Below are positions 52,863 through 64,000 of a DNA stretch of 64,000 nucleotides, piece by piece. The stretch lies in assembly GCA_036172245.1 (NCBI GenBank), contig JAYWIR010000023.1, positions 2,356,001 to 2,420,000 of the forward strand. The letters run 5' to 3'. How positions within the stretch are numbered: position 1 is the stretch's first letter; the number at the start of each line of letters is the position of its first letter. The translations under genes and the position numbers were made by a program. The notes below the pieces were generated by a model that was given only the letters and a program-made list of their open reading frames with translations, had not been told where the DNA came from and did no database searches. The stretch comes from Raillietiella orientalis (lineage: Eukaryota).

Positions 52863-55800
52863 CAAACCCAATTTTTGCAATTTCGGTAAGAGCAGTTCTT
52901 TTCCGTCCACGGACGAATTCAAGAAACCAACTTCTCGCGATTTATCAAGATGGCTACTCCTGCGAATCGAAGATAAATGGAAGATGCAGACCTCGTTTTG
53001 ATTGGATGAAAGCGGTCCTTGTTCCATGGTCTTCTTCTTCAAAGAGACAGACGGACTAAGTGGAACTGTTCTAAGATTGCTTTGGGTGAATGTAGACTGG
53101 CCTTGCTCTCTCTCGAAGATGCACGCCCCTTTCCTCATGTGCTCATGCCGCTTTAATCTCTTGGGATACATAAACTTCTTTGCTGCTAGTATCGATAATG
53201 ATCCCTTTCCACCGAAGGAGCTTCCATCGGTTTCCGTCCCTCAACCTTCCTTGAGACAAAAACAAGAACAGATTTCTTTATATATTTATATATATACATG
53301 TATGTGGGATCCACGAAAATTGTGCATACGTGACACGCACAGTCTTCGTGTCACACACTGCTGTTAAAAAAAGAATTTTTCTTCTTAAACGCAGCCTTCT
53401 GTGGCTGGGCTTCAAACGTATGGCTTTCGCATGCGTGATGAAATGCCACGCGCTAGAAGAAGAAAAGCAAAGGATCACGTTGTGCGTTTAGCTAATAGCA
53501 GGTGCGCAGTGGATCCATCCAGAAATCCCAAAGGCAAGTTTCCTCCTACTTGTACCAGTGCGTGAAATCACTGACGGACTGAGAACGGGGAAAGTGAAAA
53601 ATGGAAGAGAGAAGAAATCTTTGATTTTCTGAATTATGATGAGGCTTAGAGTCCTGATTGTGATTGATTGTCCTGTTGGACGCAGGAGAAAGGGTAGGAG
53701 TATAAATGACGTCCAGTGACTGGAAGATGGGGAAACGCAGAAGTACAGGCTGGTTCCAAACTTTAAGATCGAAGACCTGATTGATGTTGGAAATTTTTGA
53801 AGTCAATGTGTAGCGAACAGTTACTGAGCTAGAGGGAGAATTCTCGATCCCTGATCTATTAAATTGATCTTCTAAACGAGATCTTCCAAATTGTACAGTG
53901 GTTCCCATCTTGCTCAAAGGAAATCTCTCGCAGCATATGAACGATCGATCATCTCTCACTCTGGAAATCGCATGATCTCTTTTTATCGTGAAGAGGTTGA
54001 ATTCTATTAGATTTGCGCGTGCATAGGGACACTGTTGGAAGCCATGTAAGGAATTTTTCAATCAAATCAAGGAGCCAAAAATGCGGAGGACAAGGAATTT
54101 TCTGACACATCGGACCCACTCCCTATGAAGGACTAGCACTCAAGAGCCACTTTCCCAATAAAATGTGCAAGCAAGAGCAAGGAAGTCATGGGTGCCTTCT
54201 GGGGTGGACGAAATGCGGAAATTTCCCAGAAGGATTTCCTCATCGTAGGAGGTGCGGTTGCTCTTGCGTGCCTCGAAGACTTTGAGGAAAGGAAGGAGCC
54301 AGTGACAGCCGACGGCCTCTCTGAGCTCTGAGCACGTAATAACGAATCCCTGCAACAGTAATAGAAAAACAGTAATAGGAGAGAAGAGCGATTACTTGAT
54401 TTTGATTGTGGGCATCTGCTTGATCGCCATCATCTATTCAGTGAGAACGATACAGCGTCTCCATGCCGGCCCCAGCGACCGCGATGCTCCGATGCGATTT
54501 ACGTGGGCATTTCCGATACCCGCCAGCCAAAAGAAGGCTCTCGGTGAAACGAGCGATGGGAACGCGACGGTGAGAAAGCAGTTCCGTTGGAGAAATAACT
54601 GGTGGAAGCTTTCCATCTTCGAGTCGGTGGCTGCCAGCAGGTTGCCACGTCGACTGAAAGAGAGTTTCCTCATCTTCAAGGAAATCGTGCGCTTCGTCGT
54701 CATCGCTTGGTTGAACGATCGATTCCTCCCACTTCTAAAAGCTTGGCTCTAAAAGACGTTGGATCTCGGTCGTCTGTCAAGTCCGAATCTCAGAAGGGTC
54801 CTCCCTTCTGAGATTCGGACTTGCATCCCGTTCTTTCCTCGTACCCGCAACGGTTTAAACATGTTCGCTAAGCTTGGAATGAAAGTCATCATGATGCTCT
54901 CGACGGGATGCATCTCGGTGATGCGCTTGCAGCTTTCTTGACTGAAATCTCTTCTGTCTGCGTGTGCGTGCCGGACGCGGCGGGATCGGCAAACACTTAG
55001 GAGGCAACTTGCCTTTGGGATTTCGGGATGCCATGGGTTCTCTGTGCATCTGCTGATAGCTAGACAGCAGCAACGTGATCTCTCTTCTTTCCTCTTCCCC
55101 CCTCCTCCCATTCCAACTCTTAACATTGCATCACTCGTGCGAAAGCCACACGTTTGAAGCCCAGCCACATACATCGCGGAAAGAGATAAAGACGTCTGCA
55201 TCTGATTGTGGCTCGAAAGATTCATCGAGCCGGAACGCAATGGGCGCTCCTCGAAAGAAGGATTCTTGGAGAAATATACCTCGCCTTCGATCAGGGAACC
55301 GACGAGTCCACTTAGGATGCTCTCCCGGGTAGGCGCTTTCCTCGAGAATTGGGACTTAAGTCTGTTGTTCCTTGATAGTGCTTTGCGCTTTATCTTCCTG
55401 GAGGAAGTTTTAAATTCAAGTTTCCTGAACTGAGGTGTGGGGAAGATAGCCGATCGACTCATTTCCTTCCTGGATGAGATCAGGACGAAAACGTTCGGCT
55501 ATCCAATCGCATGCCTTAGAAGTGGATTCTCCATTAAAGTGGCAGCAGCCTGAATTCCAGCAATTATGATTCCAAGGTTACCAGATCCTGTTAAGCAGAA
55601 GAATCCTCCTCTTTAACCGGGTCCCTCGTCCTTCCTCGTCTTTCCAGACGGAATCTTGCTCTCCTCTCTTCCTTCGCTCTCGCTTTCTAATCCTTTCCTC
55701 AGGAAGCCCTGCCCCCTCTATACGCAAACTCGTTCCTAGAAGTGCCCGTACTGAAAACCACCTACGTTTGCGTCCCTCCGCTGCTCTTCTCGGACCCTCT

Positions 55801-56744
55801 GTTTCTACGCCGTAGTGTCGGCGATCCAGAGTCCGGTGCTTTCATCCCAGACGATGAGGGTGGTGGACCCCGTGCACCAGCAAATCTGCAAGCAACAAAG
55901 CTCGTCCTCTCTCCGTATCCCCCCCTCTTTCCTCGTCTCGCTATGGGAAAAGGGTACGAGCTGGCTGCAGCTTGCGGGAATGGCTCGGGCGGCGGTGGCC
56001 GTTTCTTTGGATGGATTTTGGCAGGAGATAGCGCGACATCGTCTGACGTCGCCCAGTCCATATGGTGGTGGTGGTGGCGATGCAAAAGGGAGCGATGGAG
56101 TGCAGAGGTAGCAGTCCTTACGATCTTCCACTCGCCTCCATCCTTCGTTTCTTTGAGAAAGGTGTGCGGCAAACGAGCTCTGGAGTTCCTCGAGCGTAAA
56201 ATGGGTCCTGCTGGCGACGAAGCAAGCATTCCCGAAGGGTCTTCTCACTGTACCGAGACGGCTTCGTTTCTTAAAGAGAGTTTCCCAGATCTGAGTGGAC
56301 GTAGCGAGAAACAATCGATGGTTTCTGGATACAAGAGGGAACTGCTGTTTCGGCATCGTCTCCCTCTGAGCGGGGGGGACACAGTGAGTGTCCTCAGGGA
56401 AGGGCACAAGAGAGCACGGAAAAACTTCACGGGTCGTGAAGCCAGCAAATCTTCCTCAGTTTCTTTGTCCGACTGAATGTAAAGCTACGATGAGAAAAAC
56501 ATTTCAGATGGAAAAAAATCATTACTCGATTTATTGAAAGCCTTTTGATGGCAAAAGGCTTTTAATATCGGTAGTTCTTCCAACGTCTCGTGACGTCGCA
56601 GAATCAGTGTTTGCGTGTGCGTTGCCACGCTCCTCCTATGTTCCCAGAGTGGAGTTCATCCTCAATCGCCCGCGTCGGACGGTGTTGTCGCAGGGACGGA
56701 ATTTCCTCTTCGCTCCTGCATCCCTCATGATCCACGCGTGCAGG

Positions 56745-56870
56745 CGTCGCCGTATGCGCGCGGCACCTAGCGTTGCGGGTTCGAACACCCCTCTCACGGA
56801 TCGCGGGCTGAGTTGCATGCGCCGCCGGTTTCGAGTCCTTCCGGGAGATGGCGCTCGGTTGGCTGAGGCC
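56745..56870 (+). mobile_element. tRNA-headed SINE-like repeat, copy C (head region)
   Basis: gcggcacctagcgttgcGGGTTCGAAC...ggtttcgagt...atggcgctcggttggc matches copies A and B. Confidence 0.5.
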
Positions 56871-58853
56871 TCGGAGGCGTTCATTGGGGAAGGACGCGTT
56901 CGCGCGCCCACGACCAGCAGCTGTGAGTGACCCCTTAGGAGTGCCCTTCCCCCTCCTGCCTCACGCTCACCACCTCGGGTGAGTGGTAGTGGGATCGCCC
57001 CGTGCACCCTCCACGTGGAGGCGTTGTTGGGCTTCTCCGACGGCCTTATGGAAACGAAGCAAGGATTCTTGAGTACCTGAAAGAAAAGAGCGATTAGCAT
57101 ATTCTGAAGCAAAGGGAACAGCAGAGTCGAAACCCAAAAAGTTCCCTGAGCGACAGGCACCTTCCCTGATCCATCAGAAGGCAGTTTTTTCGTCCGTCCT
57201 CTGCTTCTCGGCCCTTCTCTTCCACGTTGTAGTAGTGTCAGCTACCCAGAGTCGTGTCGTTGTTATCGCAGGCGATGATGATGGACGCAGAGAGCCAGCA
57301 AACCTAAAGGCTACAAGGCCCACCCTATCGTTCCATCCCCTTTCCTTATCACCCTACAGGAAAGAGGACGACCTTCGACAGCGTCGACTTTTATAGACCA
57401 ATGCTCTTCCTGCTTCCCGATTTTGAAGCGGAACAGAGGAAGAGCCACCCTACCGCAGGCGAGGAGTCCTATGACTGGCCTACTCGGGAAAAGGACCACA
57501 TGGGCAGCGTTAGGGGAAAAAGAATCGCAAAGAAGCTCCCGCTTTCCTCAGCAAGCTGTTTGCTGCTTCCATTTTCTCTCACTTCTGAGACTGGTCTCGG
57601 TCGTGCTGCGTCTTCGAGGCCCGCAGTCGGTGCTGCCAGGAAACGGGTTCCCGCCTGGTGGCATTGTCGTGCCCCTGAGGATCCTTTTTCCTGGAGTTTC
57701 TGATGATCGAAACATCTAAGCGAAGGCTTCAGGGAGCGCTATTCAGGAGAGAGCAAGAATCTTCTCCTGGAGGCCGTCCTGGTCGTCCAGCGTCCGCGTC
57801 TGGATCGGCAGCCCCTCTTGTCACCCATCGCGACCGGATTCTCGTCGCTCCGGGGCGCGCGCGGACTCAAGGAGAACCACCACCTCTGTTTCGACGCAGC
57901 GGGAGTGCGCCAATTGGCGACGGAATCCTGACTCCCAACTCCCTACTCCGTGCATCCTGAGTGCGCAGTTGCGGATCCCTTCTGGTCGTCACCATCATCT
58001 CTCCCAGCTTCCACCCTCGGGCCCCCTCAACCTTAAAGAGTTGCTTCTTGCCTGAAGAAGTCTTCTGCCCCTCGCTGCGTAGCGGTGCAGGAGTCCCGGA
58101 TGGAAAAAAAAGAGTTACTGGATTTGCCCTTCCTTGCCTCGGTCTCGGCTCGAGCGGATGGAAGGCGGAAGGGTAGGGAGAAGGAATCTCCGCTTCCGTT
58201 CGCGCTTTCCTGCTCACTCTGACAGCTCCCAGTGCCCTTGCTGGCTGCCTTCTCTCTCCTTTCTCGACTCTTAGAAATCAGGCGGCTGTTCCCGTGACAA
58301 GTTCCGGGCGCCCTGGCCTCTCCGAGCCGTGTTTCTGCTGCACTTCCACATTTAGAGAGTTCTCCCCTCGATGGGTGTATGCCGTGAATGCAGATGCAGG
58401 GCCAGCCTCCCTCCGACGTGGCAGTTGAGCTCCTTCTTGCTCGAGCCAAGTACCTCCTGCAGCTACACCCAATCTTTCTTTCCTATGAGGCTCCCTTTCC
58501 CTCCTTGCCTTGAGGGTTGCACTTTACGATGCCATTCGCTGACGAAATTGGCTTCTGAGCCTCGCCATTCCCTCCGAACTCCGCAGTAATTCGCTTCATG
58601 TAACCCGGTGGTCAGTCAGAACCACTCGATATTGTGATGGGAGGCGAACCTCCACCGGCTCTCCTCTTTGAGCCTCTCTCTTCGTCTGGCTAAGCGACTC
58701 TTGCATTCGCAACTCCTGAAGAGCTCCGGGCAATAATTAAAACGCAGTGCGTTGTGGGATTACGGGACACAGTCCCTGATCGTTCTACTCCGCGTTCCGA
58801 GGGATCCATAATGCTACTGGTTGCAAAAGATCCATGGACTGCTTTTGTTTCAG

Positions 58854-58963
58854 GAATGGTGGGACTATAAATTTCTCTGGGACCCGGAGGAGTACGGAGG
58901 AGTCACCGAACTGTATGTTCCGGCGGAACACATCTGGCTTCCTGACATCGTTCTTTTCAATAA
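58854..58963 (+). CDS. nAChRalpha2: nAChR gene 2 exon with loop A ([36 protein letters not shown])
   Basis: tttcag|GAA...AA|gtgagt; 110 nt, same size and phase as exon 1038-1147 of gene 1. Confidence 0.93.
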
Positions 58964-59549
58964 GTGAGTCATCTTTCAGGACGGTGAGGATGGGTCGCTT
59001 CTCCTGCACTCTGACCCTCCCTCCTCCCCTCCAACATTTCTGCGTCTCGTTTCCACTTGGGTTTTAGTGGTTCTCCGCAACACCGCCGTCTTCCCTTCCT
59101 TAACCGTGCTTTCTTGTTTGTTTGTTTGTTTGTTTCGCTGGAGCCAATGACGTGCAAAGTAGTGAGGAACTCCGACTAAGCGAGCACAGTTCAACGATGA
59201 TGCTGACGATGACAAGCTGTCCATGGGAGGGTGGGAGCGTGTCAGGTTTGCTTCGATCAAGGACAGAACTCGGAACCCACAGATGAACATTACGTGATGC
59301 GTTAGGATTCCGTCATTCGGCGACAGAGATCACACGAAGATCGATTTTTGATGTGTACGTTGGATTTGCGTGTTGGCCTGGCCGAATGTTTCGAAAACGC
59401 TGAAGTGTTCGAAAAGGGGAAATTGTTTTCGTTCAAGCGGCGGCCGTGCTTCGATCTGGGGAATCCCCGGTCCCGAGATCGGTTTCGAGAAAGTTGTCGC
59501 ATGGCGGTTGCTCTCGGGTGAATTTCGCAGCTACTCTGTGTTTTTATAG

Positions 59550-59730
59550 TGCAGATGGAGAATACGTAGTGACCACTATGACCAAAGCGACCCTTCATTA
59601 CACTGGGAAGGTGCTGTGGACTCCGCCTGCGATCTTCAAGTCGTATTGTGAAATTGACGTGCGTTATTTTCCCTTCGACCAGCAGACGTGCTTCATGAAG
59701 TTTGGATCCTGGAGTTACGATGGATTCAAG
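59550..59730 (+). CDS. nAChRalpha2: nAChR gene 2 exon with Cys-loop ([15 protein letters not shown]) and loop B; gene continues beyond the window
   Basis: ttatag|T GCA GAT...TTC AAG|gtaaaa; 181 nt; [13 protein letters not shown] and [15 protein letters not shown] are alpha2-type. Loop C is outside the window, so alpha status is inferred. Confidence 0.93.
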
Positions 59731-62700
59731 GTAAAATTTCATCCTTGCCGAGTTTCAGCTGATGCTAAAACTCGGCGTGGCAACGGAAACAACAAATCCT
59801 CACAAGCACTTTGCGGTTGCAGCACTTCTTTTGCGCCCTCGGCCTGGTATCAGATTTTCATCCCGTAGTTTTTTGTCTTCCTGTTTCATTTCAAAGTTAA
59901 CATCCCTAAATATGGAACTTGTTCTACTATATATAAGGAATGTATATCAGATGCAGGGCAAATCTATAGCCATTGCCATCTGCGTTCCGTAAAGTGCATT
60001 TTAGAATACTGTTCTTTAGTCAAGTCAAATTCCGAGAAACGACTTATCTCGAAATTATTTATTTATTTAAAATTTATTTATCTATTAAAAAATATTGATT
60101 GATCCATTCATTTATTTATTTCTTCAAAATTTTGACTAACTATTCCAACTACCGCTTCCCGTCTTTCTTCACTAATTATCTTCTCTTCACCAGCTTCAAT
60201 TTCAACCAAAAATCAGCTGCTTCGTGTTTAATTTCTTCTTCAATTGGTGATTCAATGTCTACAATTTGCTTCTCTGCATATCTTCGTACTGTCCTTCGTA
60301 CTGGTCTTGAGAGTTCTATTCATGAATTTCATGCAAAGTTCATTGTCATTGGTAGTGTCACCCTAAACTGATGTAGAAAAATGTATGGTGAAAACAGTGT
60401 ATTAAGCATACATTTGGATGTGTACGTTTCTCTTGGCGGCTACTGTAAAGTGTACCTTGCATCGCGTGTGCATGTTTACGCACGTATGCAGATTTTCTCG
60501 CAACTGTTGCATGCGTTAGTGTCGATATGCCAACTTTGTCAAATTCCACATTAGCCATAAACGAAAGATTTCCCATTTGCATGACCATTTAAGGAAAAAA
60601 CATCAAAGATGGAAGCGTTTTATGAATTTCGTTCCACTTGTAAGGGGCCGGTCGGAAGATTTCGGAGGAAGGAATCAGCATGATCGAGAGGCACAAATAA
60701 GCTGGTAGTCTCCACCCTCGTCAACCTCCATGCAATTCAAAAACTGGAACAAGTGAAAAACTTCGAGGGGACTCCAGCTGAGCGGAAAAAGATTTTCTCA
60801 TGGTTTCGTATCCATGAGAGAATGACCTAACATTTTCCCGGTCATCACAGGAGCGACCTAGCATTTCAGTGAAGGCGAACCATGGTCTAAACTTGCTTTG
60901 TAGCCCTGAACTAAAGATCTTTGAGGCTTTCTTGAGTTTTGGGAAGACATGACAAGGAAGAGAGAAAGACGGGACAAGGACCAAGCACACGATGGAATTT
61001 TCCCGCCTATGTTTGGAAAATGCATTGAAACACGAACTGAGCAAGGCTTACCTGTCACGGGCAAGAAAAGGATGAGAGAGTATGTATCTGTAGCATCATC
61101 AGCAAAACGTGGATAGAGAATTTAGGCAATGGAGAAATAAATAAAGCATGCTGAGGATACAGCGAGGAATAAGATTGTCGAAGATTTACATGGAACCGTT
61201 GGATTTCTGTGCAAGTTTCGAAAGGTATCAATGACAGGCGCAGGTCTGAAAGGGAGAGAGCTATTCCTTGGTAAACTTTTGGCAATCATTTTAGAAAATG
61301 GTAGAGTACAATAGTCAAACACAAAAGGCGTACAGTTCTAAGAGCGTTTCTTTCATTGTGTGTCTGACTGCTTCTCAGGCGCAATGTGGGTCGTTCTCTC
61401 TTACGCTTCATTCACACACTCGCTTAAGTGGACGATTGATGCTTGCAATCATCATGAAACTGGGTGATGGCTTCAAGTGGTTGGAGTAACAGAGAAGGGA
61501 AGTTGCTTATTGAGGAAAATGTTTGCAGCTCCAGAAACGCAGCTCTGAAATGAAAGAGAGTGCGAGGGCTTTGATGATCGCGGGCATTTTCACATTAACT
61601 GGGCACACAGAAAGATCCATGTTTTCACTACAAGAAGTTCAGGAATGTCTTCCACCAAGAGTTATGAATTGATGGTCAACAATTTTGACTTCCTATCTTA
61701 GTCTGCATCTTTGAGAGTTTCGTTCTTGAAGTCACTCTTCATTTTTCAGGCATTTCTGTTGATGTGTCCTCCTGTTGCTCTTTTAAAGCTGTTGATTCGA
61801 CTCAAGTCTTTCACCTCTGCTGCAAAAGATCACTCTTGTTTTTCCTGGATTCCCCCTTGTGTCTGGAATTCTCATAGTTGCAGCTCTGAGAAAGGTCATT
61901 CCATTCCGTTCCGTTCTGCTTTTCCTTTTTTTGAATAAAGTCGGTATGATGAAGCAGCACACTTTTCGATTCTGCTTTCGAACATCTCTCATGTAAGGAG
62001 GAAGCTTTCTTCAATGTCTCGAAACGAGAAGCAAATCCTGCCCTCAGTCAAATCTCTATTTATTACGGTTATTCGAGATTCAAAGGCAGCTTCAGTTTCA
62101 TCAGCATGCAATGGTATGTCTTGCAAGGAGTCCATAATTACTTCGAAGAACCCATTTTCTTCCGCCCTTGTGTTTTGAATCTGGAGGCTCGTCGTGTTTG
62201 TATTTATGCAATAAGAAACTCCTCATGGTCTGTAATTTGCTTTTCTCTTCACTATTTTTTTCTTTCGAGCATGTCTGCTCCAACCGACGTCTGTGTTTTC
62301 CGGTTTCTCTTTTGGAGATACCCATTTATACTTCTGTGTGCAAATATCTTTTCGAACTAAGGAAGCGCATTCTCGGATCTTCCACTCTTGCAGAAATTGA
62401 GTCTTTCCTTAATGCACTCTGAGAAGCTCTTTATTGCGTTTGAAAGCAGAGTAGGTGCACCAAGTCTTTGATTTCCCTCCGAATGATAAGTTGCATTGCA
62501 TGGCCTCATGAATTTTGTTTCCATGGATTTTTGCTTCTCGGCATAAGTACGAGACCGTTCTTCTCGTACACCCTTCCCAAGCTTTCCCTCGAAAAACAAA
62601 AAAGGAAACAAAAAGGAAAAACTTTCTGTTCTCCCGCCCTGCGTCTTGGATCGATTTCTACTTCTCTTACCCACGTGGGTGCCCTATTTTTCATGATAGC

Positions 62701-62889
62701 AAAACGGCTTGGAATTTTCGTGCAGACTGAGTTAACTCGAGGAAAATGCATTTTGCAAATGCTCGCAGCCAACGGCAGCTGTGCTCCCCAGTCACGTCAA
62801 ACGAGAGAGAAAAAGGAAAAAGATGCACGTCGGCATGAAGCAAATTGAAAACCCTCTATTGGACTTAAAGGTCTTCAAAGCAAATCACT

Positions 62890-63665
62890 TTGTGAATGGA
62901 AGCTGGGGAGATACTGAAATTAATTCGTAAACTTCGCGCTTCAAATTCAGGTCCACTGGTGAAGGTCTGGAGTCTTATTCGGAATCAACTTGAGGAGGAA
63001 GGCATGAAAAAAAGAAGCGTTGCTAAGGATTTTGGAGTTAGCTTGCGTATTTCACACCTTACACTGGTTTATCGAAGGCTCTATCCCTTGCTTCCAAGAA
63101 CTTCCAAACTTCTTCGAATGTCGCGAGTTGTGTCATCAGGAAGACCCCGTGATTCGAGTTACTGCACGAGCTTGAATTTCATCACCAATAACTGTATCAT
63201 ACCTCTTCCATATGGGGGATTTCTGGAAATTTTCACGGACCTGATGTTTGGAATGTTTGAGAAGTGAATTTGAATGGCCATCCTCCTGTCATCAATTCAG
63301 AGTTATTGCATACGAATGAAAGCTTGGTGTTTCAGGAAGGCAATTTCTTCCAGAAGTTATCCCTTTATTGAAGTCTTCACGATAGTTTAAAATAGAAAAC
63401 CAGATTGCCAAACGAGAACTTGATGAAGAAATCGGCCTAAGATCCTGTTAGTGACGGATTAGAGATTCCAATAGATATGACGTTTCTGTCTAGGAAAAGA
63501 GACGTCTTTCGGTCCAGAGGAAAGATTTCAACCATCCGAGGGAACTTGCTAAAGACCTCCTAATCTATTAATGCTTCCTCCAAAAGAGTATCTCCTGATC
63601 TTCATATGTTGCAAACATGAACCTAGTTGAACTGATATGGAAGAGGTATGATACAGTTATTGGTG
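62890..63665. mobile_element. Decayed LINE RT fragment with probable internal inversion and a 31-bp inverted repeat
   Basis: + strand EILKLIRKLRASNSGP (pre-RT K.PGPD-like); - strand LGWLKSFL (W..SFL..R-like); perfect inverted repeat 63183-63213 / 63635-63665. Confidence 0.4.
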
Positions 63666-64000
63666 CTGTAACTGAGAGTGGACCACTAGATAAATTGTTA
63701 GTATGTGTCACTTGTCTTATATGCTATATACTATATCTATCAGTCTTAGATAAGAAATGAAAGAGTAAATCGAAAACTCTGAATAACTAGAAAAAAATGC
63801 ATACCCGCACAAATCGGAGCTACTAACGAATTTTTTTAAAAAAAAAGAAAAATGGAAACACCCAAGAAAACTTGAACCTTAAATCATGGAAGCAAGCAGA
63901 CGCTTTCCAGCTTTCCATTGAATAAGTTCCTAGTGATGCTTGGATCACCGTCGTTCTTTTTCTAGAAACTAATGAAAAAGCACAAATATGAGGGGGAAAA

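Noticed and set aside
54400..58700. A single decayed LINE spanning this GC-rich stretch
   Set aside because: Only weak motif hints on conflicting strands; it cannot be delimited without a repeat database search.
1..64000. Telomeric repeat arrays, a telomerase RNA template, or CRISPR arrays
   Set aside because: No tandem TTAGG/TTAGGG tract, no identifiable template-bearing RNA, and no repeat-spacer array was seen.

Overview
Eukaryotic, intron-rich arthropod-type DNA (possibly a chelicerate; this is inference from protein signatures only). Three genes are supported. (1) The 3' four coding exons of a nicotinic acetylcholine receptor alpha subunit (alpha1-like, + strand, 1038-20843, YPCC loop C). 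(2) A complete telomerase reverse transcriptase (TERT) on the - strand with three coding exons (29568-27422, 22244-21999, 21937-21460; about 956 aa). It is tail-to-tail with gene 1 and head-to-head with gene 3. (3) The first four coding exons of a second nAChR subunit (alpha2-like, + strand, 35716-59730), which continues past the window. The TERT is intron-poor, sits inside an nAChR tandem pair, and keeps a TEN-like domain that appears to lack the conserved Gln. Both receptor subunits carry substitutions at normally conserved binding or gating residues. Introns and intergenic DNA hold a near-perfect 398-bp inverted repeat, a tRNA-headed SINE-like family, decayed LINE fragments, hairpins and microsatellites. 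Most short ORFs in the supplied track are noise.
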